This document shows positions 40,432 to 49,837 of a stretch of DNA of 64,000 bases, one piece after another (positions within the stretch are counted from its first letter, which is position 1; each line of letters begins with the position of its first letter). The position numbers were made by a program, and so were the translations under genes. The notes below the pieces were generated by a model that was given only the letters and a program-made list of their open reading frames with translations, was not told the DNA's origin and searched no databases. The stretch covers positions 170,537 to 234,536 of the forward strand of contig JACQXM010000024.1 of the NCBI GenBank assembly GCA_016208685.1. Direction: 5' to 3'. This stretch comes from Planctomycetota bacterium (GTDB lineage: Bacteria > Planctomycetota > Phycisphaerae > UBA1845).

Positions 40432-41686
40432 CGCGCGCTCCTTCCTTACCTTTCTCTCCCTGCAACGTGAACCAGAACGTCGTTCCCTCGCCGAGCACGG
40501 AGTCCAGCCAGATTCGCCCCCCGTGTCGCTCTACGATCTTCTTGGCGATGGTCAGCCCGGCACCGGTTCCGCCGCCGAATTGATCCCGCCCGTGCAGGCG
40601 CTTGAAGATGCGGAAGATCACGCCGGCGTGTTTCTGCGGGATGCCGATGCCGTTGTCGCGAACATAGAAGGCGACCGGGCGCGGGCTGCCGGAGGGCGAA
40701 TCCGAGCCCCGCGGCGCCGCGGACTCGTCCCGCTGCTCCTCGGGGCCCACATAGCCGATCTCCACCCACTTCGCGCTCTTGTCGTTGTACTTGATGGCGT
40801 TGGTCACCAGGTTGTGGAACACCTCCCCCACCAGCATCGGGTCGCACGACACCACCGGGAGGCGGCGCGGAATGCGCACGGCAACCGCGCTTTCGCGCAA
40901 CGAAACCTGGAGCGAGTCAAGGATCTCATGGACCACTTCGTTGAGGTCGGCGTCGGCGCGGCCGACGTCCATGCGGCCCACGCGCGAGAAGCGCAACAAC
41001 CCGTCGATCAATCCTTCCAGCCTCTGCGCCAGGCGGGTCAGGGTCTCGAGTTTGGCGCGACCCTCTTCGTCGAGGTGATCCTGGTAGTCCTCCAGGAGGA
41101 AGGTGGCATAGTTGTGAATGCCGCGAAGGGGCTCCTTCAGGTCGTGCGAGGCGATGTAGGCGAAGTCGTCCAGCTCGTGGTTGATGCGCGTCAGATCGCG
41201 CACTGCCGATTCCAGCTCGAGCTGGGACGTTTTCAGTTCCTCGTTGAGACGCTCGGTGTAGGCCAGGTACTCGTGCAACGCCTCCTCGGCACGCTGCCGC
41301 TGGAGCAACTGGTCCCTCTCCTCCAGCGCGCGGCGCATCACCGGGGCGAGCCGTTCCAGCCGGCTCTTCATGACATAATCGGTGGCACCGGCTTTGAGAC
41401 ATTCGATGGCCACCTCCTCCCCCACCGTCCCGGAGATGAGGATCGCAGGCGTGCCCGGCTGGTGTTCGCGTGCCATGCGCAAGGCGGTGATCCCGTCAAA
41501 GTGGGGCAAATTATGATCGAGTAGAATGACGTCATGCCCGCCGGCCTGGAGCCGCGCGAGAAACTCCTCGCGCTCCACCACGCGTTCGGACCGACACGAA
41601 AATCCCGCGCTTCGGAGCACACCGATGGTGAGCTCGGCGTCAAGCGGGTTGTCCTCGAGGTGCAGGATGTTCAGCGTTTTGTCCAT
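40385..41686 (-). CDS. Hybrid sensor kinase: N-terminal REC, HisKA, HATPase (cytoplasmic)
   Basis: Start MDKTLNILHLEDNPLD (REC; VILLDHNLPHFDG). ASHDLKEPL H-box. NLVTNAIKYN, DNGIGI, GTGAGLTIAKKIVERHGG, GEGTTFWFTL. Overlaps the next gene by 47 nt. Confidence 0.85.
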   Translation of the reverse strand: MDKTLNILHLEDNPLDAELTIGVLRSAGFSCRSERVVEREEFLARLQAGGHDVILLDHNLPHFDGITALRMAREHQPGTPAILISGTVGEEVAIECLKAGATDYVMKSRLERLAPVMRRALEERDQLLQRQRAEEALHEYLAYTERLNEELKTSQLELESAVRDLTRINHELDDFAYIASHDLKEPLRGIHNYATFLLEDYQDHLDEEGRAKLETLTRLAQRLEGLIDGLLRFSRVGRMDVGRADADLNEVVHEILDSLQVSLRESAVAVRIPRRLPVVSCDPMLVGEVFHNLVTNAIKYNDKSAKWVEIGYVGPEEQRDESAAPRGSDSPSGSPRPVAFYVRDNGIGIPQKHAGVIFRIFKRLHGRDQFGGGTGAGLTIAKKIVERHGGRIWLDSVLGEGTTFWFTLQGEKGKEGARDVVADLAGAAADTHR

Positions 41687-41796
41687 GGGCTCGATTAGCA
41701 GCCTGTTGGGGAACTCGTGACATGGGCTTGCAACCCATGATTTCACGGGCGAGATGCCCGTGCCACACCTTGGCCCCGGCCGCGCGCCACGGGCCG

Positions 41797-42270
41797 CTAG
41801 CGCGCGGCGGCGAGCGCCGGGCGTTTTACAGACGCCACCCCAGGCCGCGGTTCGTTGATAAGCAGCCAGAACAGCCCGATCTGCTTGACCGCGCTGACAA
41901 ACTCGTCAAACTCCACGGGCTTGACCACGTAGGCGTTGGCACCGTTCTGGTAACCGGCCATGACGTCGCGCTCCTCCCGTGAACTGGTGAGCATCACGAC
42001 CGGGATGGGCCGCAGCCGCTCGTCGGCTTTGATCTGCCTGAGCACCTCCAGGCCGCCCACCCGTGGCATGTTCACGTCCAGCAGGATCAGCATCGGTTCC
42101 TCGCCGGTTCGCCCCGCGTAGGACCCTCGGCGGAAGAGATAGTCCAGGGCCTCGGCACCGTCACGCGCCACAACCACCTGGTTGGCCAGGTGGTGTTCCT
42201 CAAGTCCGGCGAGGATCAGCTCCACATCGTTGGGGCTGTCCTCGGCCAGCAGGATCGGTTTCGTCTCCAT
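41797..42270 (-). CDS. Single-domain response regulator (CheY-like)
   Basis: METKPILLAEDSPNDVEL...LILLDVNMPRVGG...VVMLTSS...YVVKP. Start at 42270 lies inside the 3' tail of the upstream HK ORF (70-nt overlap). Confidence 0.75.
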   Translation of the reverse strand: METKPILLAEDSPNDVELILAGLEEHHLANQVVVARDGAEALDYLFRRGSYAGRTGEEPMLILLDVNMPRVGGLEVLRQIKADERLRPIPVVMLTSSREERDVMAGYQNGANAYVVKPVEFDEFVSAVKQIGLFWLLINEPRPGVASVKRPALAAAR

Positions 42271-44671
42271 GTGGATCTCCTTGTGCCACGGGTAAGGTGA
42301 AGTAGAACGTTGCTCCCTGATCGAGCGTGGATTCGGCGCGCACCGTACCGCCATGGCGGTTGATGATGCGGCGCACCGTCGCCAGCCCGATGCCCGTGCC
42401 CTCGAACTCGTCGTTGCGGTGCAAGCGCTGGAAGACCCCGAACAGCTTGTCGGCGTAGCGCAAGTCGAACCCCACGCCGTTGTCGCGGATGCAGGTCTCC
42501 ACCTTGCCATCTTCGGTACAGATCGCCGCGATCTCGATTCGTGCCGGTTGGCGTGAGGAAGTGAACTTCAGGGCGTTGGAGAGGAAGTTCATCCACGCAA
42601 TTCGCATCAAGGCCGGATCGGCCTGCACCGGCGGCAACTCGCCGATCACCCATTCCACGTTGCGACTGCCGACCGTGGCCATCAGTTCGCGGCGCACATC
42701 GTCGATGATCGGTCTCTGGTGGATCGGCTGGGTACGCAGTTCAGTTCGGCTGGTGCGGGAAAACCCCAGCAATTCGTCGATGAGCAGCCCCATCCGGCCC
42801 GCGGAATCCGTGATGATGTGCAGGTAACGCTGCGACGTCTCGTCCAGCCGGTTCTTCTCGTGTTCCAGGAGCAGCTTGGCGAAGCCGTCCATGTGCCGCA
42901 GCGGGGCACGCAGGTCGTGCGACGTCGAGTACGCGAAGGCCTCCAGTTCCGCGTTGATCGCCTGCAACTCGGCGGTGCGTTCCTTAACTCGGCGCTCCAG
43001 GTCTTCGTTCAAGGCGTGGATTTGCGCCTCGGCCAGCTTGCGCGCCGTGATGTCGCAGACGATTCCCGTAAAGAGCCGGCGGTTGGATAGTTGAACTTCG
43101 CTCACCGCAAGTTCCAGCGGGAACTCGCTTCCATCGGCGCGGCGGCCGGTCATTTCGCGCCGGCTGCCAATAACCCGCTGCTCACCGGTGCGGAGATACC
43201 GCGCCAGGTACTCGCGATGGGCTCGAGCGTGCGGCGAAGGCATGAGCATGCCGACGTCCCGGCCGATTACTTCTTCCGCGCTGTAACCGAAGATACGCTG
43301 TGCGGCATTGTTGAGGGTTTCAATGGTCCCTTGCTCGTCGATGGTGATGATTCCGTCGGCGGCGGTATCGAGGATGGCATGCAGCCGTGCCTCTTCCTCG
43401 CGCAAGGCCGCCTGCACCCGCTTTTGCTCCGTAATGTCCATGGAGATGCCGCACATGGCGTAAGGCGCCCCGCCGGGGTCCAGGAGCGGGAACTTGATGG
43501 AAAGGTAGGTGTGCTCGCCGTCGCGTTGTTCCGCCGTTTCCTCGATGTGCAGCGGGCGTCTTTCATCGATCGCCTGCTGGTCATGAGCGCGATACACCTC
43601 CGCGAGATGGGGCGGGCAGAAATCGGCGTCAACGCCGCCGATGATCCGGCTTTCGGGGCGGTCGAGCAGCCGTTCCAGCGCCCGATTGGCGAGGATGTAC
43701 CGCCCGTTAAGGTCCTTGGCGTAGATCAACATGGGAGCATGATCGAGAATCGCCTGGAGGCGCCCGCGGCTGGTTCGCAGGTCCTCTTGCGCTCGGGCGC
43801 GTTCCGCCTCGGTGCGAGAGATCACCCTGGCGGTCCACAGAACCAGGCCCGTCAGCAGGATCACGTTGCAGGCGACCAGCATCGCTACGCCGAAGTCAGT
43901 GCCGTAAAGGCCGGCGCGCTCGCCGCGCAGGCGCAGCCAGCCGAGGCCAACCAGCAACACCGTCGTGGGCGGCAGCAGACGGCGTGCCATCACCGCCCCC
44001 AGAGCGTGGCTGTTCACAATGGTCATGATCCCCGATCGCGGCTGCGAGGACAGGATGCCGGTCGACAGCAGAAGGAAAGCAAACGCGGTGTGGACGGCGA
44101 TGGGATTGAACGCCAGCGCCGCATATAGCGCCTCCGCGCCGTAGAGGTGTCCGATGAAGGAAAGGAACGCCAGCGCGAGCGTCAGCAGTGCCGGCACCTG
44201 GGAAAAAGGAGAACGTTCCCGCGCGCCGGCGAGTAAGAGGGAAAGGCCAACAAGGACGAAGCAAACCGACGTGACGAACGCCATGCGTCCCGGGGGTGCC
44301 GCCGTTGCCGGATCCGGGGCCTCCTGCACGAACAGTCGGTCGATCCCCAAGTCCCAGCCGAACAGGTACTCCGCAAGCGTCAGGCACCCGACCACGAACA
44401 CGGCCCCGGCCAGTGCCCGCCCAAGGCGGCGGACGTTCGCATCTGCCCTGTGGTCGGCCAGTAGAAAAAGGGAGGCGCCGGCGAAAAGGAAACAGATCGC
44501 GGTGTTGACCCGCATGTGGACCAGGCCGGAAATGACCTGTGTCAACACCGCAATGCCGAGCGTCCAACCGATCAGAACGAGCACGCCGATCAGAGACACG
44601 CCGGCGCCGGCCGTCCGGGCGAACGTCCGGAACCGCCGTGCAATCAACTCGTCGTGATCAAACGCGGGCAT
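42200..44671 (-). CDS. Membrane sensor histidine kinase with multi-TM N-terminus, PAS domains, HisKA, HATPase
   Basis: 823 aa. About 7-8 N-terminal TM segments. Two PAS-like regions (LERLLDRPESRIIGG..., ITIDEQGTIETLNNAAQRIFGYSAEEVIGRD). STSHDLRAPL H-box. FLSNALKFT, DNGVGF, GTGIGLATVRRIINRHGG, GATFYFTLP. Confidence 0.85.
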   Translation of the reverse strand: MPAFDHDELIARRFRTFARTAGAGVSLIGVLVLIGWTLGIAVLTQVISGLVHMRVNTAICFLFAGASLFLLADHRADANVRRLGRALAGAVFVVGCLTLAEYLFGWDLGIDRLFVQEAPDPATAAPPGRMAFVTSVCFVLVGLSLLLAGARERSPFSQVPALLTLALAFLSFIGHLYGAEALYAALAFNPIAVHTAFAFLLLSTGILSSQPRSGIMTIVNSHALGAVMARRLLPPTTVLLVGLGWLRLRGERAGLYGTDFGVAMLVACNVILLTGLVLWTARVISRTEAERARAQEDLRTSRGRLQAILDHAPMLIYAKDLNGRYILANRALERLLDRPESRIIGGVDADFCPPHLAEVYRAHDQQAIDERRPLHIEETAEQRDGEHTYLSIKFPLLDPGGAPYAMCGISMDITEQKRVQAALREEEARLHAILDTAADGIITIDEQGTIETLNNAAQRIFGYSAEEVIGRDVGMLMPSPHARAHREYLARYLRTGEQRVIGSRREMTGRRADGSEFPLELAVSEVQLSNRRLFTGIVCDITARKLAEAQIHALNEDLERRVKERTAELQAINAELEAFAYSTSHDLRAPLRHMDGFAKLLLEHEKNRLDETSQRYLHIITDSAGRMGLLIDELLGFSRTSRTELRTQPIHQRPIIDDVRRELMATVGSRNVEWVIGELPPVQADPALMRIAWMNFLSNALKFTSSRQPARIEIAAICTEDGKVETCIRDNGVGFDLRYADKLFGVFQRLHRNDEFEGTGIGLATVRRIINRHGGTVRAESTLDQGATFYFTLPVAQGDPHGDETDPAGRGQPQRCGADPRRT

Positions 44672-45008
44672 AGCGCGTCCGCCGATGGCGGCCTACCCCC
44701 GACCACTCGCATCGCGTGACGGTCCATCGAACCGGTGATGCATCTCTCATCGGATGAGACGGCCCATCGCTGAAGCTGAGGTTATGGTGTTGTCCCGGAT
44801 ACGAAGCGCCGCCCCGCGGAAAGCAAATACTTGCGTACCCCGGAGCTTCGTTCGCGCGCAACGCCGCAAACTGCGCTGCAACGCGCCTCGCGCGGCGCGT
44901 GCCCCGCTTTTGCCAAGCTCGATGCCGGCTGCTACGTTAGCTTCTTCGCCGTTGATGCGTGGTCCGGCGGATTATCGGTGCGCAGCGAAACTTACGTCCG
45001 CGGAGTGC

Positions 45009-47093
45009 ATGACAATGCTGGGGTCGTCTCGAAGACGTGCGGTTGTTTACAGTGTGCTGGCTTCCATCCTGCCGCTTGGCGGCGCGTGTGCCGCGGCCCG
45101 GGCTGCGGATGCCGCCACGCATCCCTTCTCGGTTCACGACATGCTGGCCATGGAGCGCATCAGCGACCCGCAGCTCTCGCCCGACGGCAAGCGCATCGTA
45201 TTTGTGCGGCGCGTGACGGACCTGGAGGCCAATCGCGGCCGCACGGACCTGTGGCTGGTGAACGTGGATGGCAGCGCTATGCGCCGGCTGACCTCCGACC
45301 CCGCGGGCGACAGTGAACCGCGCTGGTCGGCGGATGGTAAGCTCGTTTACTTCATCTCCTCGCGTTCCGGCTCGACGCAAGTATGGAGGATCGCCACCGA
45401 CGGCGGCGAGGCGGAACAAGTAACCCGCGAGCCGCTGGACGTCAGCAGCCTGGTAGTGTCGCGTGATGGCACGCGGCTCGCCTGCGCCATGGACGTGTTC
45501 CCCGATCTGTCGCCGGCCGAGACCAGGAAGCGCTTGGACGAAACCGCGGCGCGCAAGGCGACCGGCCGGGTGTACGACCGGTTGTTCGTGCGGCACTGGG
45601 ACTCGTGGAAGGATGGGCGGCGGTCGCATGTGTTCGTGCTGCCGTCGGCGGGCGGCCCGGCCGTGGATGTGATGAAGGACATGGACGCCGACTGTCCCCC
45701 CAAGCCGTTCGGCGGCGCCGACGACCTCGCATTCACCCCCGACGGCAGCGGGATCGTCTTCGCGGCACGGGACGTCGGCCGCGAGGAGGCCTGGAGCACC
45801 GATATCGACCTGTACCTGGTACCCATCGACGGTTCGGCGAAGCCGAAATGCCTGACGGAGTCCAACCAGGCGGTTGACACCAACCCAGTGTTCTCGCCGG
45901 ACGGAAAGCGGCTCGCCTGGCGAGCGATGAGCCGTCCGGGCTACGAGGCCGACCAGTACCAAATCCTGTTCATGGACTGGCCGGGCGGAACGGGGAAGCC
46001 GCTTGCCGTCAACTGGAATCGTTCCTTCGAGTCTATTACCTGGGCACCGGACGCAAAGACGATCTTCACCACGGCGGAAAACCTGGGGCAGCGCTCGCTG
46101 TACGCCGTTGGGTTGGAGCAACCCGCCGACAAGGTCACTACGGTTGTCGAGAAAGGAACCGTCGGCTGGGCGGATGTAGCCGGCGATCGCGTCGTGTACG
46201 CGATGGATCATCTGCGCTCCCCGGTAGAACTCTACTCCGCCCGACTCGACGGCTCCGACGTGCGCTCCATCACGCAGATCAACAAAGAACGGCTAGCCGC
46301 GGCGCGGATGGGCGAGCCCGACCAGTTCACCTTTCCCGGCTGGAACGACGAGCCGGTCTACGGGTACGTGGTCAAGCCCGCCGACTTCGACCCGTCGAAG
46401 CGCTATCCTGTTGCATTCCTGATACACGGGGGCCCACAGGGATCGTTCGGGAATCATTTCCATTACCGTTGGAACCCCCAGGCGTATTCCGGGGCGGGCT
46501 ACGCCGCGGTGATGATCGACTTCCACGGTTCGACCGGCTACGGGCAAGCGTTCACCGATTCGATCCGTGGCGACTGGGGCGGGAAGCCCCTTGTCGACCT
46601 GCAAAAGGGCCTGGAGGCAGCCCTGAAGCGCTACCCCTGGCTCGATGGCGAGCGCGTCGCCGCACTGGGGGCGTCTTACGGCGGCTACATGATCAACTGG
46701 ATCGCCGGCAACTGGCCGGATCGCTTCCGGTGTCTGGTCTGTCACGACGGAAATCTCGACGAACGCATGGCGTACTTCGATACCGAGGAGCTTTGGTTTC
46801 CGGAGTGGGACCACCAGGGTACACCATGGGAGAATCCGGAAGGCTACGAAAAACAGAATCCGCTGAATTTCGTGAAGCACTGGAAGACGCCCATGCTGGT
46901 GATCCACGGGGCGCTCGATTTCCGGGTGGTGGAAACGCAGGGCCTGTCCACGTTCACGGCGCTTCAGCGGCGGGGCATTCCAAGCAAGTTGCTGCACTTC
47001 CCCGACGAGAACCACTGGGTCCTCAAGCCGGCCAACAGCATCCTCTGGCATGAGACGGTGCTGGCCTGGCTCGATGAATGGACGAAAGAATAG
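45009..47093 (+). CDS. Prolyl oligopeptidase family (S9) serine peptidase with N-terminal beta-propeller
   Basis: Start MTMLGSSRRRAVVYSVLASILPLGGACAAARAA (signal). TolB-like blades (SPDGKRIVFV, SADGKLVYFIS, TPDGSGIVFAA, SPDGKRLAW). Catalytic GASYGGYM (GxSxGG). HGALDFRV with Asp/His regions at the C-terminus. Confidence 0.85.
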   Translation: MTMLGSSRRRAVVYSVLASILPLGGACAAARAADAATHPFSVHDMLAMERISDPQLSPDGKRIVFVRRVTDLEANRGRTDLWLVNVDGSAMRRLTSDPAGDSEPRWSADGKLVYFISSRSGSTQVWRIATDGGEAEQVTREPLDVSSLVVSRDGTRLACAMDVFPDLSPAETRKRLDETAARKATGRVYDRLFVRHWDSWKDGRRSHVFVLPSAGGPAVDVMKDMDADCPPKPFGGADDLAFTPDGSGIVFAARDVGREEAWSTDIDLYLVPIDGSAKPKCLTESNQAVDTNPVFSPDGKRLAWRAMSRPGYEADQYQILFMDWPGGTGKPLAVNWNRSFESITWAPDAKTIFTTAENLGQRSLYAVGLEQPADKVTTVVEKGTVGWADVAGDRVVYAMDHLRSPVELYSARLDGSDVRSITQINKERLAAARMGEPDQFTFPGWNDEPVYGYVVKPADFDPSKRYPVAFLIHGGPQGSFGNHFHYRWNPQAYSGAGYAAVMIDFHGSTGYGQAFTDSIRGDWGGKPLVDLQKGLEAALKRYPWLDGERVAALGASYGGYMINWIAGNWPDRFRCLVCHDGNLDERMAYFDTEELWFPEWDHQGTPWENPEGYEKQNPLNFVKHWKTPMLVIHGALDFRVVETQGLSTFTALQRRGIPSKLLHFPDENHWVLKPANSILWHETVLAWLDEWTKE

Positions 47094-47229
47094 CCTGGAC
47101 ATCCCAGCTAGCGTCCGCTAACCTTGCCTCAGGTTCCTACATTAGCGTTGGCAAAATCCCCAAGCTCGGGACTGTTGACTTCGTTGGGGGCTGAGTGCCG
47201 CGCGGCGTACGGGGGCACGCGACACAGGG

Positions 47230-48612
47230 ATGGTCCGCAAGCGCAACTCCACCCATGACACCTCCGATCCAGCTGCGCGCGTCCTGCACGGCGCGCCGTC
47301 GATCCGACGGCACCGGTTGTGCGGATGCCCCGCGGCGGCGATCACGGTTTTTGCCGCCGTTGCCGCGGCACCTGGTACCGCTCGGGCGGGCATCTCATCC
47401 GTCAGCGGCCTGTACGACTCGCAGCGAATCCTTTTCCGAATCGTGTTCACCGACGCACGCCCCTTCGCGGCCGGCTGGCAGTTCCAGGTGTTCATCGACG
47501 CCGACAACAACTCCGGAACCGGGTACGCCAAGGGTTATGATCGTCTGGCACGCGGAGTGGAAACCGCCGCCCCGCAGGCGATCTACGTGCGGGACACGAC
47601 GGGCGGTGGCGGGCCCGGGGGGTGGGGGCCGGTCCGCGGCACCGTCAGCTTCACCATGACGGATGACTGGCACCTTGAAATCGAGGTGCCCCTGGCCGTG
47701 GCAGCCCTGAACTCCGGTGACGTCAAATTCGCCTTCGAAAGCTACTTTCAACATCGCCTGGTGGACAGCCGCGCACCGCAGCGAACCACCTTCGACGGCG
47801 GCAGCGACTGCAACGGCAACGGCATCCGCGATGACCTGGACATCAGCAGCGGGTTCAGCGAGGACTGCGACGACAACCGCATCCCCGACGAGTGCGACAT
47901 CGCCGCGGGCCGCGCCGAGGATTGCAACGAAAACGGTACCCCGGACGGCTGCGACATCGCGTCCGGCGGCAGCTCCGATTGCATGTCGGACGGCGTTCCC
48001 GATGAGTGCGAACCCGACTGCAACGCCAACGGCATCGGCGACAGTTGTGACCTTGCGGCGGGCACGAGTCGCGATTGCGACGGTGACGCCGTTCCCGACG
48101 AATGCCAGCCCTTCGCGGCCGCCTCGGGAAGCCGCTACCTGACGATCCACCCGGCACCGGCAACCCAGCCCATGGCGCTGCGCGTGACCGGGTCGGCCAC
48201 CGATCCCCAGGTACGTTGCGTTTCGGGCTTCGTCCAGGCGGATGGATCGCTGGGGATGTTCCCCGTGTACCAGACATCCGCGCAGTGGTGTACCGTGAAC
48301 GTAACGGGCGACGAGATCATCGGCGGGGCCTCCTACCTGATCCAACCGTACACCGGAAGCACCTGGCTGCCTGCCACCCGCGTTACGACGCCGCTGTGGT
48401 GCGACTTCGATCGCAACAATGTCGTCAACTTTACCGATTTGCAGATCATCGTCGGCGTGTACGTCGGCTCCCACGCGTTCCCGTTGCCGCAGGTCGACGC
48501 CGCTCCGTGCGTCCCGGACGGTGTGGTGAACTTCACGGACATCCAGGTGGCGCTCCAGGTGTTCGGGTCGGCATCCACCGAGATGTGGAACTGCGTCGAC
48601 GTTTGTCCTTGA
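47230..48612 (+). CDS. Secreted protein with thrombospondin-type-3-like DCNxNGxPDECD repeats and C-terminal dockerin-like segment
   Basis: Signal peptide. DCNGNGIRDDLD / DCDDNRIPDECD / DCNENGTPDGCD / DCMSDGVPDECEPDCNANGIGDSCD / DCDGDAVPDECQ. C-terminal CDFDRNNVVNFTDLQIIVGVYVG and VNFTDIQVALQVFG. Confidence 0.7.
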   Translation: MVRKRNSTHDTSDPAARVLHGAPSIRRHRLCGCPAAAITVFAAVAAAPGTARAGISSVSGLYDSQRILFRIVFTDARPFAAGWQFQVFIDADNNSGTGYAKGYDRLARGVETAAPQAIYVRDTTGGGGPGGWGPVRGTVSFTMTDDWHLEIEVPLAVAALNSGDVKFAFESYFQHRLVDSRAPQRTTFDGGSDCNGNGIRDDLDISSGFSEDCDDNRIPDECDIAAGRAEDCNENGTPDGCDIASGGSSDCMSDGVPDECEPDCNANGIGDSCDLAAGTSRDCDGDAVPDECQPFAAASGSRYLTIHPAPATQPMALRVTGSATDPQVRCVSGFVQADGSLGMFPVYQTSAQWCTVNVTGDEIIGGASYLIQPYTGSTWLPATRVTTPLWCDFDRNNVVNFTDLQIIVGVYVGSHAFPLPQVDAAPCVPDGVVNFTDIQVALQVFGSASTEMWNCVDVCP

Positions 48613-48678
48613 GTAACCGCCCCGCCGTGCCGTGCCGTGCCGGCGCGGGTGCGCCGTTACCTGTCGCCGGGCCGGCGA

Positions 48679-49791
48679 CTACGGCACGGTCGCCACCGCG
48701 AGTTCCGCGCCGCGCGGCAGGTGGACGATGAAGGTCGCTCCCTCGTTCGGCTTGGATTCCACGGTGATGGTCCCGCCGAGCATCTGCACGATTCCGTGGG
48801 CGATGGCGAGTCCCAGCCCCGTACCCTCGCCCTCCGAAGTGGTCAGCTTGTTCTTCGTACTCCAGAAGGGTTCAAACAGGTGCGACAGGGCGACCTCGTC
48901 CATGCCGCACCCGGTGTCGCTAATGCGCGTGACCAGATCGCTCCCTTCTACCGTCACCTCGAGGCGCAACATCCCCCCGTGCGGCATGGCTTCGATAGCG
49001 TTGCGGGTCAGGTTCCGCAGCACCGTGAGCCACTGGCTGCGCCCGATGGGCAGGATGGGGAGCTTCGGGACACTGACCGAAAGCCGGATCTGCTGCCCGG
49101 CGAGCGCCCTTTCCAGGTCATCTGCGACCTCGTTGACGATCTCCGTGAAATCGCTCAAGTCCTCGCCGCGACGATCGCCCTCGGCAAAGGCCATCAGCCC
49201 GTTGACCAGGGCACTGGCCCGCAGCAGGGCGCGGTTCGTCTGGCGCAGCGTGCGCGCCGTCACCGCCGGGTCGTCGGCAGTGGCCGCATAGTCCACGCTG
49301 GTGATGACGCCGCCGAGGATATTGTTGAAGTGATGCGCGATGGCGCCGGCCATGCGCCCCAGCGCCGAGAGCTTGCGGTTTTCGTTCACCTCATTTTGCA
49401 GCGCGATGCGCCGCGTGATGTCGCGGATGCAGATGGAACTGCCCAGGCCCGAGCCCGACGGCCCCAGAATGGGCGCAATGGTGCAGGCAAGCTCGCGCGG
49501 CGAGCCGGCGGCATCGCGGTCGGCGAAATCGAGCTGCCCGGTTTCACCGCGGTCCATCGCCGCGACGATCATCGCCTCCGCCGCGGCACGCCGCTCCGTG
49601 GGCATGACCGCGACGATGGGGCTGCCCAGCATACGGTCCGACGCCGCCCCGAACATCACCGCCGCAGCGCGATTCCAAACACAGATGCGCAGGTTCCGGT
49701 CGCAGGCGATTAACGCCACCCCGGCGTGCTCGCACAAGCGGCGAAAGTAGGAGTCGTCCCTCGGCATCACGGTTGCGTCGACTTCCGTCAT
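48679..49791 (-). CDS. PAS-domain sensor histidine kinase (cytoplasmic)
   Basis: Start MTEVDATV at 49791. PAS-like N-terminus. H-box AHHFNNIL. NLTRNAIEAM, DTGCGM, GTGLGLAIAHGIVQMLGG, GATFIVHLP. Confidence 0.8.
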   Translation of the reverse strand: MTEVDATVMPRDDSYFRRLCEHAGVALIACDRNLRICVWNRAAAVMFGAASDRMLGSPIVAVMPTERRAAAEAMIVAAMDRGETGQLDFADRDAAGSPRELACTIAPILGPSGSGLGSSICIRDITRRIALQNEVNENRKLSALGRMAGAIAHHFNNILGGVITSVDYAATADDPAVTARTLRQTNRALLRASALVNGLMAFAEGDRRGEDLSDFTEIVNEVADDLERALAGQQIRLSVSVPKLPILPIGRSQWLTVLRNLTRNAIEAMPHGGMLRLEVTVEGSDLVTRISDTGCGMDEVALSHLFEPFWSTKNKLTTSEGEGTGLGLAIAHGIVQMLGGTITVESKPNEGATFIVHLPRGAELAVATVP

Positions 49792-49837
49792 CCCAGGGCC
49801 CTTCCACGCCTTACCGCCAGCGACATTGCATGCGGCG

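Noticed and set aside
48612-48679. Bidirectional terminator between convergent genes (ccgtgccgtgccgtgcc ... cggcacgg)
   Set aside because: Partial complementarity only. I could not fold a clean GC-rich hairpin with a U-tract by eye.
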